DNA of 64,000 nt, from NCBI GenBank assembly GCA_000092065.1, contig CP000588.1. The stretch is one strand, 5' to 3'. Within the stretch, counting starts at the first letter, position 1, and each line of letters begins with the position of its first letter. Below the pieces are notes generated by a model. That model was not told where the DNA came from and searched no databases. It saw only the letters and a list, made by a program, of their open reading frames with translations. A program made the position numbers and the translations under genes. The DNA comes from Ostreococcus lucimarinus (taxonomy: Eukaryota). This document shows positions 9,210 through 18,759 of this stretch, piece after piece.

Positions 9210-9914
9210 TTACATGACGAGTCGAATCGCGGCCAAAGACAGCGCGCCGAGCGATACCAGCGTCCCCACGCTGTATCGAATAATTTCCGTCTTCGCCGCC
9301 TCTATCTGCGTTCGCATCTGATGCAACTCTCGATCGACGCGCGCCTCGACCTCTTTCATCTGACTCTCCTGAATCCCGTGCAACTCTCGCAGTCGTCCCT
9401 TCTCCAGATTCAAGTCCAACTTTTGCGACTGCGTGATCCTATCGATGTTATACTTGAGATCGGCGCGCAGCTTCTCGTTCTCCGCCTGCAGGGTTTCGGT
9501 GGAGTGTTTCATCGACGCGCTCGCCTCGCGCAGCGACGACGCCACCTCCTGCTTGAGCGCCTGCGTCTCCGCGCGTCCGTGCATCAACTCTCGCTCCAGT
9601 TCGTTTCTCGCGACGAATCCCGCGCGCGTCATGGACGTCAGCGCGCTCGCGACGATGGCCTCCGCCTGCGGTTCGCCGAACCCGCCCGCTTTCGCGAGCT
9701 GCTTGATGATGGCGTGCGAGTCGAACCGGTCGACCGTCGCCGCGGGCGGGTCCCACGCCGTCGCCGGCGACGCCGCGGACGCGCGCGCGCGTCGCGCGAC
9801 GCCGCGCGCGTCGAAACGATCGACCGTCGCGAGTCGCGGGTCGAGCGCGCGCGCGCGTCGCGCGACGCGCGTCGCGACGCCGCGCGCGAACATCGATTTG
9901 AACGATGAATTCAA
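9210..9914 (-). CDS. DUF1640 / CCDC90B-MCUR1-like mitochondrial coiled-coil membrane protein.
   Basis: It has a conserved N-terminal block (FDSHAIIKQLAKAGGFGEPQAEAIV), a long coiled coil and a C-terminal TM helix. The presequence contains an internal duplication (ATVDRFDARG / ATVDRFDSH). Confidence 0.55.
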   Translation of the reverse strand: MNSSFKSMFARGVATRVARRARALDPRLATVDRFDARGVARRARASAASPATAWDPPAATVDRFDSHAIIKQLAKAGGFGEPQAEAIVASALTSMTRAGFVARNELERELMHGRAETQALKQEVASSLREASASMKHSTETLQAENEKLRADLKYNIDRITQSQKLDLNLEKGRLRELHGIQESQMKEVEARVDRELHQMRTQIEAAKTEIIRYSVGTLVSLGALSLAAIRLVM

Positions 9915-10101
9915 AGCCGTCGTCGCGCGGCGTCGCGCGGCGTCGCCGAAGCGCGGGCGTCGAGACGCGCGCGCGAGCGTGCGAACCTCGAGACGCGCGC
10001 GCGACGCGGACGCGCGACGCGCGCGCGACGCGACGCGAACGCGGTGATGTGAAGCGACGCGGTCGTTAGTCCCGCGGTACTTCGTCGCGCCGCGCGCCGC
10101 G

Positions 10102-12078
10102 ATGGCGACGCGATCGACGCTCGAGCGCGCCGTCGCGCGCGCGGGCGGTGCGCGCGCGTCGCGCGCGCGATCGCGCGCGACGCGGCGACGACGGGTGACG
10201 ACGCGCGCGGCGCCGAAGGGTGAGAGGAGGCGCGGCGGCGGCGCCGGAGCGAAGACGAAACGCGCGCCCGCGCGCGCGAACGACGACGACGACGGCGACG
10301 CGTGGCGCGTGTACGACGTGCACGTGCCGCTCGATCGTGACCTGGGTAAGGACTCGAGCGAGGCGTCGCCCGCGGTGCTGGAGGCGGTGCAAAAGATTTT
10401 GGGGACGGCGCGGACGCCGAGCGCGAGCGGGACGCGCGTGCGAAGGAAGACGTGCGACGCGCGGACGGATCCGCCGGGATTTAGTTACGTCGTGGACGTC
10501 ACGGATGAGGCGATCGTCGCGTGCGGCGGGACGAAGAGGCCGATACGCGCGCGGGCGAAAAAAATTGAACGGTGCGGCGCGGAGGCGGCGCCGGACATCG
10601 CGAGAAACGCTCGCGAGTTGCGAAACGCGTTCGAACGCGCGCCGGATCGGCGCGAGGGGGGGGCGACCGGCGAAACGACTGTTTTTAGCGACGGTGATGA
10701 TGATCGAGTGGTCGTCGTCGGTTTAGGGCCGGCCGGGTTGTTCGCCGCGTTGGCGCTCGCCGAGGCGGGCGAACGCGTGACGGTGTTCGAGCGCGGGCAG
10801 CCAGTGGAAGAGCGCGGACGAGACATCGGCGCGCTATTCGCGCGCAGACAGTTGAACGAAGAGTCGAATTTGTGTTACGGCGAAGGTGGCGCGGGCACGT
10901 GGTCGGATGGAAAGCTCACGACGCGAATCGGTCGAAACAGCGAACGCGTCCGCGCGGTGTTGCACGCGCTCGTCGCATTCGGCGCGCCTGAGAACATTCT
11001 CGTCGACGGCAAGCCGCACTTGGGTACCGATCGTTTGGTGCGAATCTTGCGCACGGCGAGAAAATATTTAGAGGGACTGGGGGTGGAGTTTAGATTCGGC
11101 GTGCGGTGCGCGCGGGTGAACCGCGATCCGAACACCGGGGACGCGTGCGGTGTGACGCTCGCCGACGGCGCCGTGGTGGCCGCCAAAGCCGTCGTGCTCG
11201 CCGCCGGGCACTCATCCAGAGGTCTCATGGAAGCCTTACACGAAGAAGACGTGAAACTGACGTATCAATCCTTCGCGGCGGGTTTTCGCATCGAACATCC
11301 GCAAGGAATGTTGGACACGATTCAATATGGCGAAAAGTACGCCGGATACGTCGACGGCGGTAAAGGCCCGCTCCCGGTGGCGGATTATCGCGTGGCGAAC
11401 ACTGTTCCCGACGGCGTCGCCGCTGGACGCGCGTGTTACAGCTTTTGCATGTGTCCGGGCGGTCAAATCGTCCCTACGTCCACAGTAGAGGACGAGTTGT
11501 GCATCAACGGCATGAGTTTCAGCAAAAGATCGAGCAAGTGGGCAAACAGCGGATTGGTGAGCACCATCACCGAACGCGACGCGAAGCCGTTCGCGGACGA
11601 AGGCTACGAACCGTTGTGTGGGGTTTCATTCCAGCGTCACATCGAACGCGAGGCGGCGATAATGGGCGGAGGCAAACTCGTCGTCCCTGTGCAGACGGCG
11701 GAGGATTTTTTGAGCGAAACCGTTTCGAACGCGTCGACGCTTCCGTCGAGTTCGTACAGACTAGGGGTCGTGCCGGGACCGTTACACGAGTTGTACCCAC
11801 GCGAAGTGACGAAGGCGATTCAGGAATCGCTCGCGCGTTTCGATAAGCAACTCCCGGGATTTGCCGGTTCACAGGCGCTCATTCACGCGCCGGAGGCGCG
11901 CACGTCGTCTCCCGTTCGCATAGACCGCGACAAAGAGACGTTAGAGTCCGTGTCGTGTCGCGCGTTGTATCCCACGGGCGAAGGTGCGGGCTATGCCGGC
12001 GGGATTGTCTCCGCAGCGTGCGACGGGCTCGCGGCGGCGACGGAAATTTTGCGCGCGTACAAGAGTGCGCAGGCGTGA
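10102..12078 (+). CDS. FAD-dependent oxidoreductase (COG2509-like), probably organellar.
   Basis: An R/A/T-rich presequence is followed by a GxGxxG dinucleotide-binding motif (VVVVGLGPAGLFAALALAEAG) and the conserved FAD-dehydrogenase core. Confidence 0.7.
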   Translation: MATRSTLERAVARAGGARASRARSRATRRRRVTTRAAPKGERRRGGGAGAKTKRAPARANDDDDGDAWRVYDVHVPLDRDLGKDSSEASPAVLEAVQKILGTARTPSASGTRVRRKTCDARTDPPGFSYVVDVTDEAIVACGGTKRPIRARAKKIERCGAEAAPDIARNARELRNAFERAPDRREGGATGETTVFSDGDDDRVVVVGLGPAGLFAALALAEAGERVTVFERGQPVEERGRDIGALFARRQLNEESNLCYGEGGAGTWSDGKLTTRIGRNSERVRAVLHALVAFGAPENILVDGKPHLGTDRLVRILRTARKYLEGLGVEFRFGVRCARVNRDPNTGDACGVTLADGAVVAAKAVVLAAGHSSRGLMEALHEEDVKLTYQSFAAGFRIEHPQGMLDTIQYGEKYAGYVDGGKGPLPVADYRVANTVPDGVAAGRACYSFCMCPGGQIVPTSTVEDELCINGMSFSKRSSKWANSGLVSTITERDAKPFADEGYEPLCGVSFQRHIEREAAIMGGGKLVVPVQTAEDFLSETVSNASTLPSSSYRLGVVPGPLHELYPREVTKAIQESLARFDKQLPGFAGSQALIHAPEARTSSPVRIDRDKETLESVSCRALYPTGEGAGYAGGIVSAACDGLAAATEILRAYKSAQA

Positions 12079-12161
12079 TTCGGAGGTGAATGACAACGAT
12101 GTGTTAATGCGATACACCAGCTAAATATTTGTTTTGTACAAGCGACTGGGCGTCAGCTCTT

Positions 12162-13595
12162 TCACGCCGTGCGCGCCAAGAACCCGCCGCCTCGCGTCGG
12201 CAGCTCCCACGCGCGATTTACGTCGAACGCGTCGCCAACGGCAGCAATTGGTGGGGCGTCCAAATCTTCGTCCGAAATCGCGATCAGCGTCGCGTCTAGT
12301 ACCGATCGAACCGTCGTGTCGGGATGTTTCGAACGCTTTTGTAAATCTTCCTCGACCAAGCGCCGCCACGCCTTGTTGTTGGCGCACCCGTGGAATAAAT
12401 TTTGAATAGGATGCATCATGTGACGAACGCTCGGAATGCGATACCCATCCTTCGCGGTACCGTATCTACCGATCGTTTCATCCGCGTACACCGCGTACTT
12501 GTTCAAAAAGTCGCGCCTGGACGCGCTCGGGTTGGACGCCTCGCCGAAGAGCGTGGTGTCCGCGGCGCTGAGCAACCCCCACGGATCCGCGTGTGCCTGT
12601 CGACCAATCATCGCCCCCACGATCGGCCCTCCGTCCTCGGGCCCGCGTTTGAGAACGTTCTTCACATCGTTCAGCGTCTTTAATCCACCGTTCAAGTGAA
12701 ACTCGCACTCGGGAAAATCTCTCGCCAACGCGTACGCCCACTCGTGCTTGAGCGGAGGCACCGTTCGATTCTCCGCGGGCGACAATCCGGCGAGCAACGC
12801 TTTGCGCGCGTGCACGTAAAATCGACGCGTCGAGCTCCCCGCGACGATGCGTTCGACGTAATCGCACAGATCGTCGTACGAATCCACGTCATCGACCCCG
12901 ATTCGACACTTCACGCTCACCGGCGTCCCCTCGGGCGCGTTCTCCGCCATCGCCGCCAGGCACTCCGCCACCAACCCCGGCTCCGCCATGAGCGCCGCTC
13001 CGAAGCACCCCTTCCCCGCCACCTTCGGGCTCGGGCATCCACTGTTCAAATTTATCTCGTCGTACCCGTACGGCGCCGCGATCGCCGTCGCGCGTCCTAA
13101 ATATTCCGGCGTCGACCCTCCCAACTGCAGCACCGTCCCAAACGTCGCCGCGGGATAATCCAAAAATTTATCCACCCGATCCCCATCTCGCGCGCTGTGC
13201 GTCACCGTCTGATCCACCTCCATCTCCGTCCACAGCATGACGCGCCTGGACATCAACCGCGCCATGACGCGAAAGTGCGGCGTCGTGTACTCCATCATCG
13301 GCGCGACGCTCAGCGCCGCGCGTCCCGCGTCCACGCGTTCCCGCGTCGCGCGCGCGCGCTCCACGTCGACGCCCTCGACGCCCGGTCCGCGGACGTAACA
13401 CTCCGACGCCCACAACCACGTCGACGCGCTCGCCTTCGTCGCGACGCCGCGCGCGTCGCGTCGTCGCGCCGCCACCGCGCCGTCGCGCGTCGTGCTCCGC
13501 CCGTCGCGTCGCGTCGTCGCGCGCGCGTCGCGCGTCGCGCGCGCCGTTCGCGCGCGCATCGCGCGCAGCATCGACCGCGGCGCGCCGCGGCGCAT
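12162..13595 (-). CDS. tRNA-dihydrouridine synthase (DusA-like, bacterial type) with a transit peptide.
   Basis: It has the Dus TIM-barrel motifs (APMMEYTTPHFR..., LNSGCPSPKVAGKGCFGAALM, VKCRIG). A roughly 95-aa R/A/T-rich extension sits at the N-terminus. Confidence 0.85.
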   Translation of the reverse strand: MRRGAPRSMLRAMRARTARATRDARATTRRDGRSTTRDGAVAARRRDARGVATKASASTWLWASECYVRGPGVEGVDVERARATRERVDAGRAALSVAPMMEYTTPHFRVMARLMSRRVMLWTEMEVDQTVTHSARDGDRVDKFLDYPAATFGTVLQLGGSTPEYLGRATAIAAPYGYDEINLNSGCPSPKVAGKGCFGAALMAEPGLVAECLAAMAENAPEGTPVSVKCRIGVDDVDSYDDLCDYVERIVAGSSTRRFYVHARKALLAGLSPAENRTVPPLKHEWAYALARDFPECEFHLNGGLKTLNDVKNVLKRGPEDGGPIVGAMIGRQAHADPWGLLSAADTTLFGEASNPSASRRDFLNKYAVYADETIGRYGTAKDGYRIPSVRHMMHPIQNLFHGCANNKAWRRLVEEDLQKRSKHPDTTVRSVLDATLIAISDEDLDAPPIAAVGDAFDVNRAWELPTRGGGFLARTA

Positions 13596-13654
13596 CGACG
13601 CGCCGCGCGCCGCGACGACGCGCGATTCGTCGCGTCGGCGTCACTCTGTGCCGC

Positions 13655-14272
13655 ATGCGTCCATCGTTCGCGACGCCGCGCGCCGCGACGCCGCGCGCCG
13701 CGACGCCGCGCGCGGCGCGAGCGACGCGCGCGACGCCTCGGCGCGCCGCGACGCCGACCCGCGCGACGCGCGACGACCGCGCGAGGGATCTGTTCGCCAA
13801 TTTGTACCGGGGCGGCGGTGGGAAACAAATCTACTACGGCGTGTTTCAGCGCGACGCGCCGGCGAGCGCGACGAAGAGCGAGGAAGCGCGCGCGCGATCG
13901 CGCGATGAAGCCGCGAAGACGCTGACGAACATCGACGCGGAGGAACGCGGACGACGGATGGAGGTGGGGAAGGCGGCGGGCGCGGCGACGGCGGCGCTCG
14001 CGGCGGCGCAGCTGGCGCTGGGGGCGACGCGCGTCGAACGGTTGGCGATCGCGGTGCCGCTGTTCTTCGCGCTCGGGTTCGTGGGAAGCGCGAAGACGGG
14101 GTTGTGAAACATCGCGCAAGCCGGCGTTTGGGACGTCGATGGCACTGGTTTGCAAGATATCGAGGACGAGTCGGTGGCGACGGCGATTCGTAAAAAGGTT
14201 AACGATTTTAACGGTAAAAGCGCGGCGGCGGTGGCGGTGATCACCGCGATGTACGTCGCGCTGCCGGTGTAG
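13655..14272 (+). CDS. Small two-TM membrane protein. The conventional ORF is 13655..14107 and ends at TGA. The frame then continues for 54 more codons to a TAG at 14270..14272, so this is a candidate selenoprotein with UGA decoded as Sec.
   Basis: The start at 13655 is an ATG, 60 bp from the divergent Dus start. The predicted product has a transit-peptide-like N-terminus, a TM helix (LAIAVPLFFALGFVGS), the TGA, and then NIAQAGVWDVDGTGLQDIEDESVATAIRKKVNDFNGKSAAAVAVITAMYVALPV, which includes a second hydrophobic helix. A SECIS-like hairpin and a TGTAA signal follow, as described in the next feature. Confidence 0.45.
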
Positions 14273-14301
14273 ACGTCGGTCGTCGAACGGTGTCGTTCGG
14301 T

Positions 14302-14376
14302 GGGATGGTGCGCCGTGACGGCGCGCGCCGAAAGCGCTGACGCGTTCAGCGAGGCGCGCGCTCGATACGCCATCTC
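14302..14376 (+). promoter_or_regulatory. SECIS-like stem-loop in the 3' UTR of the gene at 13655.
   Basis: Helix I is GGGAUGG / CCAUCUC, followed by an internal loop. The core is G-UGA-C (14316-14318) opposite C-GA-U (14364-14365). Helix II is a 10-bp stem, GGCGCGCGCC / GGCGCGCGCU. It is followed by unpaired AAA (14331-14333) and a mini-stem, CGCUG / CAGCG. This layout matches a type-2 SECIS. A TGTAA signal follows at 14409..14413. Confidence 0.4.
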
Positions 14377-14457
14377 ACTTTGTGACGCGCGAGAGTTTGG
14401 CGATGTGTTGTAAAATTACGCTTCTTTCATTTCAATCTAGAGAAGACGATTTCGTTA

Positions 14458-16635
14458 TTAGTCTGTCTTCGGCGGCGGCGCGACGGATCGCACGTGCAGA
14501 TCGGCGTATTGGGCGTCGCTCACTTGTCCCGGCGCCTCGGTGAGCAAGCACTGCCCGGCGGCGGTTTTCGGGAACGCGATGACGTCGCGAATCGATTTTG
14601 CCCCCGCGAGCATCATCACCAATCGATCGAGCCCGAACGCGAGACCGCCGTGCGGTGGGGCGCCGTATTGGAACGCCTCCATGAGGTAACCGAACTTGTT
14701 CTCCGCCTCTTCGTCGCTCAAACCGATGGCGCGGAAGACTTTTTCTTGCACGTCTCGACGATAAATACGCAGCGATCCACCGCCAATTTCCACGCCGTTA
14801 TACACCAAATCATACGCGATCGCGCGCGCACCGGTTAAATCATCCGGATTCGCCGCGGCGTCGTCTTGGTTGGGCGCCGTGAACGGGTGGTGCATCGCCT
14901 CGTAACGGTTTTCGTCCTCGTTGAACTCAAACATCGGGAACTCAGTGATCCACAGCACCGCGTGCGCGTTCTCGGGGATCATGTCGTACGTCTTCGCGAT
15001 GTACTGTCGAACGCGATCGAGGGTTTTGTTCACCAAAGCCTTGTTCCCCGCCGCGAAGAGCATCAAATCCCCGGGCTTGGCGCCCGAGGCGGAGATCATC
15101 GCCGCCGCGTGCGCCGCCGTCCCTTCGACCAAACCCTTCGCACCTTCGAGCGATTTCCCGTCATCGGCGACGCGCGCGAACGCCAAACCGCCCGCGCCCG
15201 CCGCGAGCGCTTCGTTGAACACATCACCCTTCGGTTTGAGCTTCGAGTTCGGTATTTTCTTATCGTCGTCGACGACGAGCGCCTTGACGGTGCCGTTGGA
15301 CTCCGCGAGCGCGTCGGCGAAGATTTTGAACTCACATCCCGCCAACGCGTCGTCGAGCGTGGTCATCTCTAACCCGTATCGCAAATCTGGTTTATCGCTG
15401 CCGTACTTTTCCATCGCATGCGCGTATGTCATCTGCGGAAAACTCGCCGGCAAATCGACGTCGACGCCGCTCTTGAACGCGGCGCGCATTAAATCCTCTG
15501 CGAGCTTCATGATCCCGGCGTCATCCGTGAACGCCATCTCGATGTCGAGCTGCGTGAATTCCGGTTGACGATCGGCGCGCAAGTCTTCGTCTCTGAAGCA
15601 CCTCGCGACTTGATAGTATCGATCGACGCCCGCAACCATGAGCATTTGCTTGAAGAGTTGCGGTGATTGCGGCAACGCGTACGCCCCCCCCGGCTGCAAA
15701 CGACTCGGCACCAAGTAATCCCGCGCCCCCTCCGGCGTGCTTCGCGTCAGCATCGGCGTTTCGACCTCTAAAAACCCGTAATCGTCCTCCATCACCTTGC
15801 GCAACGCGCGGAGCGTATCGTGACGAAGCTTTAAATTCCTCGCCATTTGCGGTCGACGCAAATCCAACACGCGATGCTCCAAACGCGTCTCCTCCTTGAT
15901 TTCCTCCTTCTCCCCGCTCGACTCCGACACCGCGAACGGCAACGATTTCCCCACAGAGTTCAAAATCTTCAACTCCGTGACCACGAGCTCGACCGTCCCC
16001 GTCTTTGTCTTTTTATTCACGCTCTTCCTCGCTCGAACCGTCCCTCGCGCGCGCACCACGCACTCCTGTCTCAAGTTCCCGAACGTCTCCCGCACCTCCG
16101 CCGACGCGTCCTCGTCCGCGACGATCTGCGCGATTCCACTGTGATCGCGCACGTCCGCGAACGCGATCCCGCCCATATCGCGCGATTTATCGATCCATCC
16201 GCACAGCGTCGCCTCCGCGCCGACGTCCCCGTCCCGCAGCGTCCCCGCCAGCCGGTCCCGGCTCGGCCACTCCAGCGCCTCGCTCGACGACGACGACGCG
16301 CGCGCGCGCGTCGAGTCCACCCTCGCCATCCCTCGCGCGCGCTCGCGCGCGCATCGCGCGCCGTGCGCCGTCGTGAACGCGCGCGCGACGCGCGTCCGCG
16401 TCCCCACCGCGCTCGCCGTCTCCGCGCCCGCGCGCGCCGCCCTGGCCGTCTTCGCGCGCGCGCTCGACGCGAATCGCGCGCGCATGAGCTCGCGCTCGAG
16501 TCGGAAGCGCGCGAGCGACATCGCGCGCGACGACGCGACGCGGCGGACGACGACGCGCGTCGACGTTTGAGGTTTTGGCGTCGTCGACGACGACGCGCGC
16601 GCAGAACGCGACGCCGCGCCCGCGCGCGCGCGCAT
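14458..16635 (-). CDS. Aspartyl-tRNA synthetase, bacterial/organellar type.
   Basis: It has an N-terminal anticodon-binding OB fold (TLCGWIDKSRDMGGIAFADVRD), class II motifs 1-3 (QLFKQMLMVAGVDRYYQVARCFRDED...GGGSLRI...GLAFGLDR) and the bacterial insertion domain. The true start may be an internal Met (e.g. 16521), because the 5' end overlaps the divergent HPP gene. Confidence 0.9.
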   Translation of the reverse strand: MRARAGAASRSARASSSTTPKPQTSTRVVVRRVASSRAMSLARFRLERELMRARFASSARAKTARAARAGAETASAVGTRTRVARAFTTAHGARCARERARGMARVDSTRARASSSSSEALEWPSRDRLAGTLRDGDVGAEATLCGWIDKSRDMGGIAFADVRDHSGIAQIVADEDASAEVRETFGNLRQECVVRARGTVRARKSVNKKTKTGTVELVVTELKILNSVGKSLPFAVSESSGEKEEIKEETRLEHRVLDLRRPQMARNLKLRHDTLRALRKVMEDDYGFLEVETPMLTRSTPEGARDYLVPSRLQPGGAYALPQSPQLFKQMLMVAGVDRYYQVARCFRDEDLRADRQPEFTQLDIEMAFTDDAGIMKLAEDLMRAAFKSGVDVDLPASFPQMTYAHAMEKYGSDKPDLRYGLEMTTLDDALAGCEFKIFADALAESNGTVKALVVDDDKKIPNSKLKPKGDVFNEALAAGAGGLAFARVADDGKSLEGAKGLVEGTAAHAAAMISASGAKPGDLMLFAAGNKALVNKTLDRVRQYIAKTYDMIPENAHAVLWITEFPMFEFNEDENRYEAMHHPFTAPNQDDAAANPDDLTGARAIAYDLVYNGVEIGGGSLRIYRRDVQEKVFRAIGLSDEEAENKFGYLMEAFQYGAPPHGGLAFGLDRLVMMLAGAKSIRDVIAFPKTAAGQCLLTEAPGQVSDAQYADLHVRSVAPPPKTD

Positions 16636-17471
16636 CGCGTCGCGCGATGCTCCGCGCCTTCGCGCGCCCTCCCGGCGCGATCGCGGCGTCGGCGACGCGC
16701 GACGCGACGCGCGAAGACGGCGCGAAGTTTGCGAATCAAAAAGCGCGCGCGACGGTTGGACGAAAACCGCGCGCGCCTCGCGCGCGCGCGCGCGACGACG
16801 ACGACCGAGCGGTCGCGCGCGATTGGGCCGACGTCGACGCGCGCGGTTTCGGTCGCGGATCGAGCGCGCTCGATCGCGCGCGGTACGTGGTGAGGGACGC
16901 GAAGGCTCGACTCGCGCTGCCGTCGAGCGACGGCGGCGTCGTCGGCGAGCGGCCGTTCAGCGACGTCGTCTACGGATGCGCGTTCTGCGCGGCGACGACG
17001 TACGCGTTGGGCGCTGTGGATTGTTGGATGCGCGCGAACGCGATGGCGCGCGCGCCGTTCATGATCGGGGCGTGGGCGAGCCTGTCGGTGCTGGCGTTCG
17101 GCGTCGTCGACGCGCCGCCGCTGCGATGGTGGAATTTAATCGTCGCCACGACGTGCTCGGCGCTCATCGGCGTTCTGTCGGTGCGCGCGTTCGGGGCGAA
17201 TCACGTCGCGCGCGCGGTCGCGCTCGGCGCGTCGCTCGCGGTGATGATGCGTCTGGGCGCGATTCATCCGCCCGCGGGCGCGGTGGCGTTCGCGGCGGTG
17301 GAATCGCCCGCGTTCGCGGATTTGGGATGGTGGTTCGCCGTCTATCCCGCGCTCATCGGCGCCGTGTTCATCGCGTGCGCGGGCAAGGCGTGCGAGTGGG
17401 TCAAGTTGAATCGCGCGTTCGAGTTCGCGGACGTCGCGCGTGTATTTTCGAGTGCATTTTCGTCGTCCTAG
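16575..17471 (+). CDS. HPP-family integral membrane protein (plastid nitrite-transporter-like).
   Basis: It has the HPP signature (AIHPPAGAVAF), multiple TM helices and an R/A-rich presequence. The start could instead be the Met at about 16647. Confidence 0.7.
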   Translation: MASSTTTRAQNATPRPRARASRRAMLRAFARPPGAIAASATRDATREDGAKFANQKARATVGRKPRAPRARARDDDDRAVARDWADVDARGFGRGSSALDRARYVVRDAKARLALPSSDGGVVGERPFSDVVYGCAFCAATTYALGAVDCWMRANAMARAPFMIGAWASLSVLAFGVVDAPPLRWWNLIVATTCSALIGVLSVRAFGANHVARAVALGASLAVMMRLGAIHPPAGAVAFAAVESPAFADLGWWFAVYPALIGAVFIACAGKACEWVKLNRAFEFADVARVFSSAFSSS

Positions 17472-17552
17472 CGTCGTCGCGTCGTAGCGTTGGTTTGAAA
17501 CTGTTTTGACGATGCGCGCGTTCGTTCGCCTCATTCGCGCGCGCTCGGACGC

Positions 17553-18746
17553 ATGAAGCGTAAAACGAGCGTAAAACGCGAAGACGACGACGACGCGCGA
17601 TCCGACGACGCGCGCGGCGCGCGGGGGGGGGCGAGCGCGTACGAAACGGACGACGCGCTGACGCAGTATTTGGAATTTCACTACGCGCGAAGTGACAGTT
17701 ACGACGGAGACATTCAACACGGTCGACCACCGCGTTTCGCGGGAACGCTGCCGGCAAGCGGTTTTGTAGAAAAGGAAGGGTGTGAAGGGTGTCATGAGTT
17801 TGTGCCGTTTCCCGTGCGCTGTACGTGGTTCTTGATGAACGCGCTGAGAGCGAGCCCCAAGTTCCTGTCCCGCTCGGACGAAGGCGAGAAAATGCGAGCG
17901 CTCGACGTCGGTTGCGCCGTGGGCGGCGCGACGATCGAATTGGCGAGAAAACGATGTATACATCGGGAATGTTACGAGACCTTCTTCGGATATGACGAAC
18001 GGACGTGTTGCGGTTACCATTTGTTATCAAAGGTGTTTTGGAGCTATCGGGGCGAGAGAATAGCAGGCTGGCCCGATGTTTGGGGATACCTACCGCGTCA
18101 TGGGAAACTAGACGAATTCGAATATCATCACGAACTAGCGGAGCGCGTAAAGCACGCAGAGTTTGTTTTCGATGAAGTCGTTGGATTTGATAGTAGCGCA
18201 CCCTTCATCGAAGCGGCAAAGCAGATGCGCGATGAAAAAGAGAGGCGTGTAGATGTTCCAATGGAAGGCGGTAAACGGGAAAGTATGGAATTGAGTTGGT
18301 TTGAAGACGCTCCATTCATCGATTGGTTCAAGAGCTGGGCGACCGAGAAACACTTGGTGGATTTCAAACCAATGACAAAGTGTACGTTTGAAGTCGGCGA
18401 CGCGTGCTCGCTCGAGTACTGGAAAACTCTGGGGAAATTTGACGCCGTGTTGGTGGCCAACTTACTGTGTCGACTGCCTCGGCCGCGAGCGTGCCTGGAT
18501 GGACTGGCGACGGTGTGCAATCCCGGCGCCGTCGTCGTGTTTTGCACGCCGTGGTCCTGGTTGGACGAGTACACGCCAGATAAACGCGAGCGCTTAGACA
18601 GTGCAGAGTTAGTATCGGAAATGAAGACGCGGGGTTTCGAAGAGGGCGAGCGGGACTATGATTACGAAATCCCGTGTTTCATTCGGGAGCATTACCGAAA
18701 AGTACAGTACATCATATCACAAGTGCGCGTGTTCATCAAACAGTAG
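17553..18746 (+). CDS. SAM-dependent methyltransferase-like protein, possibly related to ovoA C-terminal / 4-mercaptohistidine N1-methyltransferase. GC content is conspicuously low, about 50%.
   Basis: Motif I is LDVGCAVGGATIELA, an upstream LTQYLEFHY block is present, and the post-I motif is FDAVLVANLLCRLP. Codon usage is AT-richer than in the neighbouring genes. Confidence 0.55.
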   Translation: MKRKTSVKREDDDDARSDDARGARGGASAYETDDALTQYLEFHYARSDSYDGDIQHGRPPRFAGTLPASGFVEKEGCEGCHEFVPFPVRCTWFLMNALRASPKFLSRSDEGEKMRALDVGCAVGGATIELARKRCIHRECYETFFGYDERTCCGYHLLSKVFWSYRGERIAGWPDVWGYLPRHGKLDEFEYHHELAERVKHAEFVFDEVVGFDSSAPFIEAAKQMRDEKERRVDVPMEGGKRESMELSWFEDAPFIDWFKSWATEKHLVDFKPMTKCTFEVGDACSLEYWKTLGKFDAVLVANLLCRLPRPRACLDGLATVCNPGAVVVFCTPWSWLDEYTPDKRERLDSAELVSEMKTRGFEEGERDYDYEIPCFIREHYRKVQYIISQVRVFIKQ

Positions 18747-18759
18747 CAGCGAAGCGATT

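Noticed and set aside
14108-14200. A 31-nt micro-intron (GTAAAAAG...GTAAAAG) as an alternative explanation for the AT-rich patch in the extension of gene 13655.
   Set aside because: It is too short for a spliceosomal intron and does not resemble the GTGCG/CTGAC/CAG introns seen elsewhere. Its removal is not needed to keep the frame.
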